Shown: one piece after another, positions 48,771-62,137 of the stretch
How positions within the stretch are numbered: the stretch's first letter is position 1
Layout of the letters: every line of letters begins with the position of its first letter
From: Malacoraja senta
Lineage: Eukaryota
Assembly (NCBI GenBank): GCA_038087875.1
Contig: CM075993.1
Span: forward strand, 7,876,001 to 7,940,000
DNA length: 64,000 nt
Direction of reading: 5' to 3'
The notes under the pieces: generated by a model
The model's database searches: none
The model's input: the letters and a program-made list of their open reading frames with translations, nothing else
Told to the model about the DNA's origin: nothing
Translations under genes and position numbers: made by a program

Positions 48771-51700
48771 CTGGCGAACAACCAACAGGCAGGTTAATCT
48801 CCACTGAAATCCAGCCCACTCAAACAAAGCCCCTCTCATTTAGCAAGTGAAAATAAAATAACTTCAGATCCAGGGTAGAGTTGCTGCCTCACAGCGCCAG
48901 AGGCCCGGGTTCCATCCTGACTACAGGTGCTGCCCGTACGGAGTTTGTACATTCTCAGCATCTATGGAGCGAAGGAAATAGGCAACGTTTCAGGCTGAAA
49001 CCCTTCTTCAGGCCCGAAAGGTCCAGACCGGCCCGAAACGTTGCCTATTTCCTTCGCTCCATAGATGCTGCTGCACCCGCTGAATTTCTCCAGCAATTTT
49101 GTCTACCTTCGATTTTCCAGCATCTGCAGTTCCTTCTTGAACGTTTGTACGTTCTCCCTGTGACCACATGGGTTTTCTCCGGGTGCTCCGGTTTCCTCCC
49201 ACACTCCAAAGACGTGCAGGTTTGCAGGTTAACTGGCTTGGCATCATTATAAATTGTCCCTAGTCTGTGCAGGATAACGTTAGTGTGCAGGGTTGGCGTG
49301 GACTCGGTGGGCCGAAGGGCCTGTTTCCGCGCTGTATCTCTAAACTAAGATGCTGGAAACCCCAAATAAGAACAGAAAGACGTGCAGCTTTGTAGGTTAA
49401 TTGCCCTGAGTGTTTAGAGAGAGGATGAGAAAGTGGGATAACATAGAACTAATGATCGATGGTCGACGTTGACTTGGTGGGCCAAAGGGCCTGTTTCCAT
49501 GCTGTATCTCTACACTGAACTCAACTACAATACAGGAAACACTCAGCAGGTCGGGCAGCATCTATAAGAGTAGTATTTCAGTTCTGAGACCATTCTTTAA
49601 GGACCGCCGTAGACTTTGTCAGGCATTGTTTGATAATTCTCTGTGATGCTATTGGGGATGTTTGGAACATTAGAGGTGCTTTATAAAAGCAAGTTGTTAC
49701 CATAGATAGACACAAAAAGCTGAAGTGACTCAGCGGGTTAGACAGCATCCCCTGGAGAGAAGGAGTAGGTGATGTTTTATTCTTTTCCTGGCTGGTATGA
49801 ATAGGTAACATAGAACTAGTGTGATAGACACTGTCGGTTCTGTACCTTTTCATATCTCTGGATTCTCTCTCCCCGACTCTCAGTCTGAAGAAGGGTCTCG
49901 ATCCCAGACGTCTCCCATTCCTTTTCTCCAGAGATGCTGCCTGTCCCGCTGAGTTACTCCAGCTTTTTGTGTCTATATTCGGTGTAAACCAGCATCTGCA
50001 GTTCCTTCCTACACATGGCCTACTTTTAAATAAATGGCATTTTAATTCACTGCATAAGAGGCATCCTTGCGGGATGTGACTCAGACGTAGCTGCTGGCAC
50101 CGACTGTGAGGGAACTAAACCACAGTAGGCACACTCACTAACCGAGGATGCATCAGTGAGCTTATCAGCTCAGCTGAGCTCAAGATAATTCATGGTGTCA
50201 GTTCAACGATCCCTACCAGAGGATGAAATTAAGTCTTGCTGGGTCAAGATAGTTGTGTGGAGTTGGGGAGGGGCAGAGTGCAGACATGACTGATGATGAG
50301 AGGTGAACCCCGTCAACAGTCCCAGTAATGGTGCATTAACACTGACTATGATCCTGTGCATTTAGTGGGCTTACATTGAAGATAGACACAAAAAGCTAGA
50401 GTAACTCAGCGGGACAGGCAGCACCTCTGGAGAGAAGGAATGGGTGACGTTTCGGGTAGAGACCCTCCTTCATCACCCGTTCCTTCTCTCCAGAGATGTT
50501 GCCTGTCCCGCTGAGTTACTCCAGCTTTTTGTGTCTATCTTCGGTTTAAACCAGCATCTGCAGTTCCTTCTTCTACTGTGTGAGGAGTTTCTTCTTACAC
50601 AGTGGACTTATATTGTCTGGAGGGTTATCTGAAGAAGGGTCTCAACCCGTAACGTCACCTATTCCTTCTCTCCAGCGATGCTGCCTGACCCGCTGAGTTA
50701 CTCCAGCTTTTTGTGTCTGTCTGAGGTATAAATGGCCGTGATTGAGGAGGAGGAAGTAATTCAGCGAAACCTTGTCAATGCGCCTGGCGGAGTGGTGCAG
50801 CGGGTTGACCACAGAGGAAGTTAATGTGCGGGAGGAAGCAATAAGGCACGGCACCTCCGTGCATGTAACAGTGTCAATTTACCAATTTTAAAGTCTAAAA
50901 CTATCAAATGTAAAAGTCAAAATGTCTGAGGAAGGATCCCGACCCGATGAATCACTTGTCCATGATCTCCAAAGATGCCGTCTGACTTGCTGTGTTTAAA
51001 GAAACAGTGCAGAAACAGGCCCTTCAGCCCACGCCAGCCAGCGATCATTCCGTACTCTAGCACTATCCCACATACAATTTATAATTTTACCAAAGCCAAT
51101 TAACCTACAAACCTGCACGTCCTTGGAATGTGGGAGGAAACCGGAGCACCCGGAGAAAACCCACAAGGTCACAGGGAGAAGGTACAAACTCCTTACAGAC
51201 AGCACCCGCAGTCAGGATCGAACCGGGGTCTCTGGCAGCAACTCTACCGCTGTGTCACCCCAACTCCAGTATTCTCGGCCTATCTTCCACACGCGCCAAC
51301 CCGGCAAAGGGTCGTGAACTGACGGATGATTCACCCGAGCTGACAGTGCCGTGGGCCCGGGAGGTAAGCATTATGCATGAAAACAATGCACAACAAATCA
51401 CAGACACAGCCCCACCAATTTCTGCAGAAGGTGAAAAAAGAAATCAGTTTGGAGCGTAGAGTGACACCGCATGGAAGCAGGCCCTTCGGCCCAACTTGCC
51501 CACACCGGCCAACATGTTCCAGCTACACTAGTCCCACCTGTGTTGGTGGATTAGGAAGTGTTTGGCAGGTCTGCAAGGCTTCGCAGCCAGAGTGTGTTGG
51601 TGCCACCCTCTCTGCTTACTCTGGCAGTAAACATGACCATGTTGAAACTCGCAGCAGTTTAGCAGCAACAATAGTATCATCTTTCCCCATCAGAATTAAT

Positions 51701-52496
51701 TGTGTGTCATTTATGTGCTGGTGCAGATTTGCAGTGGGAACTTTGTAGAGACCAGTACCTTGCAAAGGGATTTTAACTCATGGACGGTAGAGTAACTGAT
51801 GAACAGACACCTTTTAAAAAGCTGTAAGGCAGCCAGAATCCAGTCAGAGTGGAGTGGGAGGGCAGGGGCGACTGTTCAAGTTGATCTACAGGGAGGGGGG
51901 GATTATAATTGAGCTGTGCACACAATAAACACTTCCAAAATAAATGGATTGTGACAAGAAACAATGAGAGTTCCCATTAACTGCCTAACGGGTCAATGGG
52001 GAATAGTGAGGGGACAGGACAGCGAGGAAATGCTTCGTGATATCACTGCCAAGCAACTCGAATGCAATATCCCGTGGCTGGTGAAAACTGGCAGTAGAAC
52101 TGAACCTGCTGGATATATTCAGCGGGTCAGGCAGCGACCATGGGGAAATGAAAGGCCATTGAGCTGAAACGTTATCTGTTGCTCTCCCCAAGCCATATCT
52201 AGGGAGACAGGATGGATAAAAGGCGTTAGTGTAATGTCCGTTTGAGTTTAGTTTATTGTCACGTGTACCGAGGTCCAGTGAAAAGCTTTTGTTGCTTGCT
52301 AACCAGTCAGCGGAAAGACTGTACATGGGTGACGTTTCGGGTTGAGACCTTTCTTCAGCCCAAAACGTCACCCATTCCTTCTCCCCAGGGATGCTGCCTG
52401 CAGCTTATTGTGTCTATCTTCGGTTTAAACCAGCATCTGCAGTTCCTTCTTACACATTTCGCCAACATAATAGAGCTAGATCCATCGTACGGGTAC

Positions 52497-52640
52497 CTCG
52501 TATCGAGCCCAATCCCATGACGTGTTGCGGTGTGTCGGGCGCTGAATGTGTCCAAACTGGATCTCGTAGGTAGCGTTGGGACTGTGCACGGTGGTGGGGA
52601 ACTCCACTTTCAGAAACTTGTGAGCTTCATGCCATTCAAC
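52497..52640 (-). CDS. MAN2C1: MAN2C1 exon: [48 protein letters not shown]
   Basis: tgtgtag| ... |gtaccc, 144 nt; [14 protein letters not shown] and RPTHxNTSWD motifs. Confidence 0.96.
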
Positions 52641-53363
52641 CTACACAGGGGAAGAGGGTTCAGTACAAAGACTCGTGAAGTGCAAAACTTAAAGTATAAA
52701 GATCTTATGGTACATAGTAGAATGCAGCACAGGAACAGGCCATTCGGCCCACTATATCTCATGATGCCATGACACACTCTTGTCTTCCTGTACATTATCC
52801 ATATTCCTGCATATCTATGTAAGTAAGTTTATTGGCCAAGTATTCACATACAAGGAATTTGCCTTGGTGCTCCGCCCATCTAAAAGAATCTTCAATGCCG
52901 CTATCGTATCTGCTTCCACCACCAGCCCCGGCTGTGCATTCCAGGCACTCACCATCCTCTGGTTAGTTTTTTTTAGTTTAGTTTCCTTTAGTGATACAGC
53001 AGGAAAACAGGCCCTTCGGCCCATCGAGTCCATGCCGACTCTATACACTAGCACTATCCTACACACTGGGGACAATTTATTGTCTTTTACCGAAGCCAAT
53101 TAACCTACAAACCTGCACGTCTTTGGTGTGCGGGAGGAAACCGGAGCACTGGAAGAAAACCCACGCAGTCAACGTCCAAACTCCGTACAGACAGCACCTG
53201 TGGTCAGGATCGAACCGGGGTCTCTGGCGCTGTGAGGCAGTAACTCTACCACAGCGCCACCGTGCTGCTCCTCCGTGTAAAACAAAATGCCTTGTATGTC
53301 TCCGTTAAACTTCTCCCCTCTCCCCTCGAAGCGTGGCCCTCTCCATTCCTTTCCTCTGCTCAC

Positions 53364-53520
53364 CTCGGTTTTAAACTTGACATAGGGGCAGCAGGCATCC
53401 AGCGTGACCTCCTGGCGAATGCGGCTGGTGTCGCTGACGCGGACGGTGTACCTTATACTTCCCCTCACCCCGCCTGGGCAAACAACCTCCACGGCTTGCA
53501 GCCCCAGCAACATGGGTTTC
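53364..53520 (-). CDS. MAN2C1: MAN2C1 exon: KPMLLGLQAVEVVCPGGVRGSIRYTVRVSDTSRIRQEVTLDACCPYVKFKTE
   Basis: ctctttag| ... |gtgagc, 157 nt; phases fit both neighbours. Confidence 0.92.
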
Positions 53521-53632
53521 CTAAAGAGCAAAGAGCCATCAGTGCCAGCGGAGACATGTACATAGAACATAGAAGAGTGCAGTGTTTAAGAATGCTGGAA
53601 AATCGAAGGTAGACAAAAAGTGCTGGAGAAAC

Positions 53633-54360
53633 AATATTTACCACAAAATTAAAAAAATTCTGGGTAAATATTTTCAGTATAATATCTAAAGTGACCAGCA
53701 CACAATTGGACCCGGATCCAAAATTAATAATACTCGGAACATTAGAATTAAATCAAACATTTACAACAACACAAAGAAACTTTATTGATTATAGTATAAT
53801 AACGGGAAAAAAATTAATTCTAAAATTTTGGAAAGGCCCTATAACCCCCACAATCAAAATGTGGATTATAGAAATGACGGAGACCTTAAATGTGGAAAGA
53901 ATCAGATTTTCCCTGTTGGACAAACAGGAATTATTCGTTGGAACATGGTCTCCCTTTATTGATTATTTAAAGGGTCAGAATGGTTCAGCACAGGAACCTG
54001 ACTAACACTCGGGCTAAAGAATGGATGAAATGTTATACTCTGAAATGTACGAATATATCTCTAACGAAGTTTTTTATCTTAATAAATGTTTCCATTCTTC
54101 TTTAACTATCTTTTTCTTTTCTGTTTTCTTTTATTTTCTTTTTTTTTTTTCTTTCTCTTTTCTTTCTTTACTTCATCTATCTTTTTAGTTCTATCTAGTT
54201 TAAAAAAAAACAAAAAAAAGGCAAAAGGTATTGGAGACAATGTAATAATAATTGACAATATTATCAATTTAAAAATGTAAGACTGGTAATGATGATAATA
54301 TGTTGTGTACTTATCTCCAATAAAAAATATTTTCCAAAAAAAAATAAAAAAATTTAAAAA
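53633..54360 (+). mobile_element. L1-clade (fish Swimmer/Tx1-like) LINE 3' fragment with poly(A) tail
   Basis: KLKKFW...DPDPKLIILG...LILKFWK...PT..W..EM...ERIRF...WSPFIDYL resembles a fish L1 ORF2 C-terminus; T-rich 3' UTR, AATAAA and A-tail. Confidence 0.82.
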
Positions 54361-56277
54361 AAACTCAGCGGGTGCAGCAGCATCTATGGAGCGAAGGAAA
54401 TAGGCAACGTTTCGGGCCGAAACCCTTGGGTTTCGGCCCGAAACGTTGCCTATTTCCTATTTCCTTTGCTCCATAGCTGCTGCTGCACCCGCAGAGTTTC
54501 TCCAGCACTTTTTGTCTACCATAGAACAGTACAGCACAGGAACAGGCCCTTCAGCCCACAATGTTGTTGCTGAACATGACGCCAAGTTGAACTGATCTCA
54601 CTGGCCTGCACATGATCCTTCTATTCCATGTGCTATCTAAAAGCCTTTAAAACATCACTATCGCATCTGCTTCCACCACCACCCCTGGCAATGTGTTCCA
54701 GGACCCCCACCAGTCTCTGTGTTTAAAGTATTAAACCCCATTAAACTTCCCCCTTCTCATCTTACAGCTAAACTCTCTAATGCTGGACATCTCCACCCTG
54801 GGGAAAATCGGCTCCAACTGTCTGCCCTCTCATAATTTTATATACTTCTATCAAGTTATGTACTCCCCCTCAACCTATAGAAACATAGAAAATAGGTGCA
54901 GGAGGAGGCCATTCGGCCCTTCGAGCCAGCACCGCCATTCATTGTGATCATGGCTGATCGTCCCCTATCAATAACCCGTGCCTGCCTTCTCCCCATATCC
55001 CTTGATTCCACTAGCCCCTAGAGCTCTATCTAACTCTCTCTAAAATCCATCCAGTGACTTGGCCTCCACTGCCCTCTGTGGCAGGGAATTCCATAAATTC
55101 ACCACTCTCTGGGTGAAAAAGTTTTTTCTCACCTCAGTCTTAAATGACCTCCCCTTTATTCTAAGACTGTGTGGCCCCTGGTTCTGGACTCGCCCCAACA
55201 TTGGGAACATTTTTCCTGCATCTAGCTTGTCGAGTCCTTTTATAATTTTATTTGTTTCTATAAGATCCCCCCTCTGTAGGTGTGCAGGGAATGGATGGGG
55301 GGCGAATTCAAAGCAATGTGTTGTTGTGGCATTTGTTGCTGCTCGACAGCAGCACGTTCACCTGTGAACAGGTAAAGTTTGGCATCCGTAGACGAGAGAG
55401 CTGACACAGTGTAGGTCCCCCAGTGCCGCACTGAGGGAGGGCAGCAGTCGCAGCCGCTGCCTCCTGGGCGAGAATGAAACCGCCGACCATTTATCCCCCC
55501 AGTAGAAAGTAAAATATCCCGTGGCATGATACACACAGGGCAGATTTCTGCTGCCCCTGGGAATGTTAACTCAGGAGGATGAGTACAAGGATTATCTCGA
55601 CATTATCACTTTGGTGATTACAGGTGCATGTGTACACAGAATTAGACGCAGGTTTTACACATTCCAGCTGAGGCAGCAAAATACTGCAGTGGGTGTAAAA
55701 TGCTCCTGCGCATCCTAGGATGGTGGAGAAACCTTTCCTTTTTCTTTTCAAGAGACATTTGCAAGGCATTTGGACAGGTGCACTGATAGGACAGGTTTAG
55801 AGGGGTACGGGCCAAACTCAGGCAGGTGGGACTAGTGTAGAGGAGGCATCTTGGACGGCGTGGGCAAGTGGGGTAGAAGGGCTTGTTTCTGCGCTGTGTG
55901 ACTCTGTATGTGTGCGAGTTTGCAAGTTCTCCCTCTGACTGGGCAAGTTTCCCTCCCACATCCCAGGGGCTAATTGGCTGCTGTAAATTGTGGGTGGCTG
56001 GGGGTGAATAAGGTGGGGCTCGGCGGTTCAAGGGTGCGTGCAAGTGAATAGGTTGCACTGAAATAAGTGGCCAAGGGATTGCTCCACCACCCAGAATGGA
56101 CCTGATGGGCCGAATGTCATTTTCCTTCATGGAAAGGAAATGTCTCGCCACAAAGCAGTCGCTCAGATAGATAACACTTTGGAACAATTAATCATAGTTC
56201 TGCTCTTGCAGGAAGCTCCTGATTTCAGAAGGAACGCTGGAGACAGAGCAGAAACTTATGACGTTTCTATTGAGGGT

Positions 56278-58697
56278 CATAGATACATAGATACATAGAA
56301 AATAGGTGCAGGAGTAGGCCATTCGGCCCTTCGAGCCTGCACCGCCATTCAATATGATCATGGCTGCTCATCCAACTCAGTATCCCGTACCTGCCTTCTC
56401 TCCATACCCCCTGATCCCCTTAGCCACAAGGGCCACGTCTAACTCCCTCTTAAATATAGCCAATGAACTGGCCTCAACTACCCTCTGTGGCAGAGAGTTC
56501 CAGAGATTCACCACTCCCTGTGTGAAAAAGTTTTTCCTCATCTCGGTCTTAAAGGATTTCCCCCTTATCCTTAAGCTGTGACCCCTTGTCCTGGACTTCC
56601 CCAACATCGGGAACAATCTTCCTGCATCTAGCCTGTCCAACCCCATAAGAATTTTGTACGTTTCAATAAGATCCCCTCTCAATCTCCTAAATTCTAGCGA
56701 GTATAAGCCGAGTCTATCCAGTCTTTCTTCATATGAAAGTCCTGACATCCCAGGAATCAGTCTGGTGAACCTTCTCTGTACTCCCTCTATGGCTATATTG
56801 TCCTTCCTCAGATTTGGAGACCAAAACTGTACGCAATACTCCAGGTGTGGTCTCACCAAGACCCTGTACAACTGCAGTAGAACCTCCCTGCTCCTATACT
56901 CAAATCCTTTTGCTATGAAAGCTAACATACCATTCGCTTTCTTCACTGCCTGCTGCACCTGCATGCCTACTTTCAATGACTGGTGTACCATGACACCCAG
57001 GTCTCGCTGCATCTCCCCATTTCCTAATCGGCCACCATTTAGATAATAGTCTGCTTTCCTGTTTTTGCCACCAAAGTGGATAACCTCACATTTATCCACA
57101 TTATACTGCATCTGCCAAACATTTGCCCACTCACCCAGCCTATCCAAGTCACCTTGCAGTCTCCTAGCATCCTCCTCACAGCTAACACTGCCCCCCAGCT
57201 TAGTGTCATCCGCAAACTTGGAGATGTTGCCTTCAATTCCCTCATCCAGTTCATTAATATAAATTGTAAATAGCTGGGGTCCCAGCACTGAGCCTTGCGG
57301 TACCCCACTAGTCACTGCCTGCCATTGTGAAAAGGACCCGTTTACTCCTACTTTTTGCTTCCTGTTTGCCAGCCAGTTCTCTATCCACATCAATACTGAA
57401 CCCCCAATACCGTGTGCTTTAAGTTTGTATACTAATCTCTTATGTGGTACCTTGTCGAAAGCCTTCTGAAAGTCCAGATACAACACATCCACTGGTTCTC
57501 CCCTATCCACTCTACTAGTTACATCCTCGAAAAATTCTATAAGATTCGTCAGACATGATTTACCTTTCGTAAATCCATGCTGACTTTGTCCAATGATTTC
57601 ACCACTTTCCAAATGTGCTGCTATCCCATCTTTAATAAGTGACTCTAGCAGTTTCCCCACTACCGATGTTAGACTAACTGGTCTGTAATTCCCCGTTTTC
57701 TCTCTCCCTCCCTTCTTAAAAAGTGGGGTTACGTTTGCTACCCTCCAATCCTCAGGAACTACTCCAGAATCTAAAGAGTTTTGAAAAATTATCACTAATG
57801 CATCCACTATTTCTGGAGCTACTTCCTTAAGTACTCTGGGATGCAGCCTATCTGGCCCTGGTGATTTATCGGCCTTTAATCCATTCAATTTACCCAACAC
57901 CATTTCCCGACTAACCTGGATTTCACTCAGTTCCTCCATCTCCTTTGACCCGCGGCCCCCTGCTATTTCCGGCAGATTATTTATGTCTTCCTTAGTGAAG
58001 ACGGAACCAAAGTAGTTATTCAATTGGTCCGCCATATCCTTGTTCCCCATGATCAATTCACCTGTTTCTGACTGCAAGGGACCTACATTTGTTTTAACTA
58101 ATCTCTTTCTCTTCACATATCTATAAAAACTTTTGCAGTCAGTTTTTATGTTCCCTGCCAGTTTCCTTTCATAATCTATTTTCCCTTTCCTAATTAAGCC
58201 CTTTGTCCTTCTCTACTGGTCTCTGAATTTCTCCCAGTCCTCTGGTATGCTGCTTTTTCTGGCTAATTTGTACACATCATCTTTTGCTTTGATACTATCC
58301 CTGATTTCCCTTGTTATCCACGGATGCACTACCTTCCCTGATTTATTCTTTTGCCAAACTGGGATGAACAATTTTTGTAGTTCATTCATGCAGTCTTTAA
58401 ATGCCTTCCATTGCATATGCACCGTCAACCCTTTTAGAACTAATTGCCAGTCAATCTTGGCCAATTCACGTCTCATACCCTCAAAGTTACCTTTCTTTAA
58501 GTTCAGAACCGTTGTTTCTGAATTAACAATGTCACTCTCCATCCTAATGAAGAACTCAACCATATTATGGTCACTCTTGCCCAAGGGGGCACGCACAACA
58601 AGACCGCTAACTAACCCTTCCTCATTACTCAATACCCAGTCTAGAATAGCCTGCTCTCTCGTTGGTTCCTCTACATGTTGGTTTAGATAACTATCCA
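56278..58697 (-). mobile_element. CR1-clade LINE, 5'-truncated, young (end of endonuclease plus complete RT)
   Basis: 579-aa ORF with NYRPVSLTS, YLDFQKAFDKVPH, GVPQGSVLGP and FADD motifs. Upstream ILDWVL/SDHN endonuclease motifs are separated by one stop at 58213. Short tandem-repeat 3' tail. Confidence 0.95.
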
Positions 58698-58801
58698 TGA
58701 ACATCAGACTATGGTTCGCCAGCTTTTCATGATTCTTCTCCACAAAGGGCAATGTTGCTCGACTCACCACTCAGTCACGTCAGAGCTCGGTTGTAGAATA
58801 A

Positions 58802-58974
58802 AGGGCCTGTCCCACTTGGGCGTTATTTGCGCATCATTTATGCGTATGTGACGTGCGCATGGCACGTGGTGAGGCGTGGTGGTGTAGGCAGTTATGCACG
58901 GTCGCGCACGGTGCCCCAGGATTTTGCGCGCCACCTGTGTGACGCGTAAATGACGCCCAAGTGGGACAGGCCCT
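58802..58974. mobile_element. Short PIF/Harbinger-type MITE related to 6857-7311
   Basis: TIR agggcctgtcccacttgggcgt; flanks taa/tta. Confidence 0.83.
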
Positions 58975-59297
58975 TTACTGCACAACAGTAGAAACAAAGA
59001 ACTGCTGATGCTGATATATACCAAAGATAGGCACCACACGCTGGAGTAAATCAGCGGGGCAGGTCAGGCAGCATCTCTGGAAAATAAAATGATGGGTGAC
59101 GTTTTGGGTCGGGACCCAAGGATACCGACCAAAAACGTCACCCATTCTTCTGCCTCCTAAGATGCTGCCTATGTTACTCCAGCACTTTGTGTGTATCTTT
59201 AACATGAATAACAGTATTAACAGCTTTGGTTGGTAACTTTTCCTTGGTTTACCAAAGGATCTATACAAATGAAGGTAGATTGTGAGGATGATTTTAC

Positions 59298-59402
59298 CTT
59301 GTTTCCAAGTGATAGTCCATGACGTCCCATGCATCCCAGTACAAGGGGATATCATCAAACAGCACAAACTGGTTGCCATGGCTGCCCTCAGGAACAGTTT
59401 CC
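59298..59402 (-). CDS. MAN2C1: MAN2C1 exon: [34 protein letters not shown](R)
   Basis: tttgcag| ... |gtaaaa, 105 nt; GH38 class 2C [18 protein letters not shown] motif. Confidence 0.95.
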
Positions 59403-61736
59403 CTGCAAATGCAACACAATAATCTGAAGGAGGGTCCCGAGCGAAAAAGTCACCTATGGGTGCGTGACCCGCCGAGTTACCCCAGCACTGTGTGTGTCTT
59501 TCTACAGTGATCTGGGATTTGGATGATGAGCAGCCACTGGAACAAGGAGAGGCTGGGGAATAGAAGCAAGCTCTGCCTTTAACATTCACCTCTCTCAAAC
59601 AAACCAAAGGAGGGATAAACAAACACATCATGTGCAGCATGGTGGTGCAATGGTAGTGTTGCTGCCTTAGAGCGCCAGAGACCTGGGTTCGATCCTGCCC
59701 ACGGCTGCTGTCTGTACAGAGTATGTACATTCTCCCCGTGACCTGCGTGGGTTTTCTCCAGGAGCTCCGGTTTCCTCCCACACTCAAAAGATGTACAGGT
59801 TTGCAGGTTAACTGGCTTGGCATCATTATAAATTGTCCCTAGTCTGTAGGCTTTGTATCATTGTGAATTGCCCCGAGTGTGTAGGATAGTGTAAGTGTGC
59901 GGGGATCACTAGTCAGCACGGACTCGGTGGGACTCTAAATGAAACATCAGTGCATCGTGTCCCAGCAGGGAGGAATTTTAACTCTTACTGTCGTTGCAAA
60001 CCCCTTACTCCCTGTCTAAACTCTCCAATAAAAACAGAACATGCTGGAAACACTCTACAGGTCAAGTAGCATCAAGCGAAATAGAGTTACCATGTGTAAG
60101 ACTCTGCATCAGAACGTTACTCTGTTTCTCTTTCCACAGAGGCTGCCTGACCCGGTGGGTGTTTCTCAGCATTTTTTTTGCCATTATTTGATTTCCAATA
60201 TCAGTCGATTTAAAAAAAAAAACTTTGCAGATCCCTTCCCAGGTTTCCCAGACTATTTCATTCCCATTGGTTAGATGCATGACCATCCTACTGTGGGAAA
60301 AGATCCCTCTGTAGTTACAAACAGCATCCATTCTCTGTGACTGTGAGCGTGGTGAAGTCACCATCCTTTTATTACATTGCTCCAAGCATCAATGCTGACG
60401 CTGGAGAAAAGGGGAAAGTCATCTAGAAGCAGACTCCGGTGGCAATGTCAGTGAAACCGGGCAAGAATCAGACCGGACTTGACAAGGGAGTGGCAGAGAT
60501 GATGCTTGTCTTTGGCTGGTGTGTTTAGAAGCAGGAGTTAGCGTTTCGAATAGCCAAAGATGAGAGGTTTCTCACCCGGGGTTTAAGTTTATTATTATCG
60601 TCATGTGACCTGCTTTGTTTTGCATGCTGTCCAATCAAATCAGTTAATCACTACCATCATGCCAAACTCAAGCACAATGGGTAAAGGCATGGATACAGTG
60701 GCAGCAATATGGCTCAATGGTTCTTTTAGTTTAGAGAAACAGGCCCTTCGGCCCACCGAGTCCGTGCCGACCAACGATCCCCACCTACTTACACTTATTA
60801 ATCAAGACTTTGTCAATCTCTACCTTAAAAATACCCAATGACTTGGCCTTCAGTCATTTATGGCAATGAATTCCACGGGTTCCCCACCGTCTGGCTAAAG
60901 AAATTCCTCCTCATCTCCATTTTGAGGTTCAGGATAAACTGTATACTAATTAACAAAGAACAGCAAATAAGAGCCTGCAGTTTATTAACATGTTACGTTG
61001 GAACATGCGTGCTGAGTTGTGCACCATTTTGTTTCATTGGTGATTTCAGACTAAACGCAATGCTTGTTAAACATTCCCATGGACTATTATGGTCTAGATT
61101 TCTAATTGTGTATTTGTGCACCAATGTCTTGTTTTCTGCAGTGTTTCGTTTCATTGTTTTTATGTATAAGTTTACTTTAGTTTAGAAACAGGCCCTTCGG
61201 CCCACTGAGTCCACGCCGACCCGTACACTAGCACTATCCCACGCACTGGGGACAATTTACAGTAGCCAATTAACCTACAAACTTGCATGTCTTTGGAATG
61301 TGGGAGGAAACCAGAGCACCCAGAGAAAGCCCACGTGGTCACGGGGAGAACGTGCAAACTGTGTACAGACAGAACCGGTAGTCAGGATCGAACCCGGGAC
61401 TCTGGCACTATGAGGCAGCAACTCTACCGCTGCACCACCGTGGCGTAATTGTTGGGGTGGAAAACCTTGGGGTTTATTCCATGGTGAAACAGTCTCCAAC
61501 AGGCAGGGCAATCGGTAACTCTTCTGGCTTGTAATTCTTTTGTTCTCGTTTCTGGAGCAATTCTGATGTGGGGTTACCAGGCTCACACTCACGCTACAAG
61601 TCCATAGCATTTCTGTGGTATTAATAGTTTCTGGGTCAATATGAAAACGTGTTTCAACCAAGGTTTGGAGAATCATTAAATTATCTCATTTGGCTTCTAT
61701 TTTCACAGTTAATATTTTATATAATAAATAATTTAC

Positions 61737-61831
61737 CTTTTGTAAAGTAAATGCAAAAGTGATATCATGCGGCCTAATGAATCAAATTCAACTCTGAGAA
61801 TCCCGTTCTCCATGGTGACAGAGCCACCTTC
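61737..61831 (-). CDS. MAN2C1: MAN2C1 exon: EGGSVTMENGILRVEFDSLGRMISLLHLLYK(R)
   Basis: Minus strand ttgcag| ... |gtaaat, 95 nt; matches recalled MAN2C1 [24 protein letters not shown]. Confidence 0.9.
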
Positions 61832-62137
61832 CTGCAACGGGAACAAACATGCACACACGTAAACACAACTTGTCCACAGCGGAAGGAGCAAGGGGGAGGG
61901 AGTGAGAGAACCAGGGAGGGGCACAGGATGAGGATAAAGCACATCAAGGCACCTCGCGTTTTACACAGAGGTTACATTCCTGAAAAGCAGCGTTTCATTT
62001 AAAACCCCGTCAATTACAAGGTTAATTCCCGGGATGGCGGGACTGTCATATGCTGAGAGAATGGAGCAGCTGGGCTTGTACACTATGGAGTTTAGAAGGA
62101 TGAGAGGGTATCTCATTGAAACATATAAGATTGTTAA

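Noticed and set aside
49620..49697. Ancient Deu-SINE/L2-type tails (also about 24550-24620)
   Set aside because: The resemblance is short and degenerate; the family cannot be assigned by eye
56377..58116. 579-aa RT ORF as a novel RT system (retron, DGR or similar) or a host gene
   Set aside because: It is an ordinary 5'-truncated CR1 ORF2 with a CR1 3' UTR and tail and sibling copies in the window
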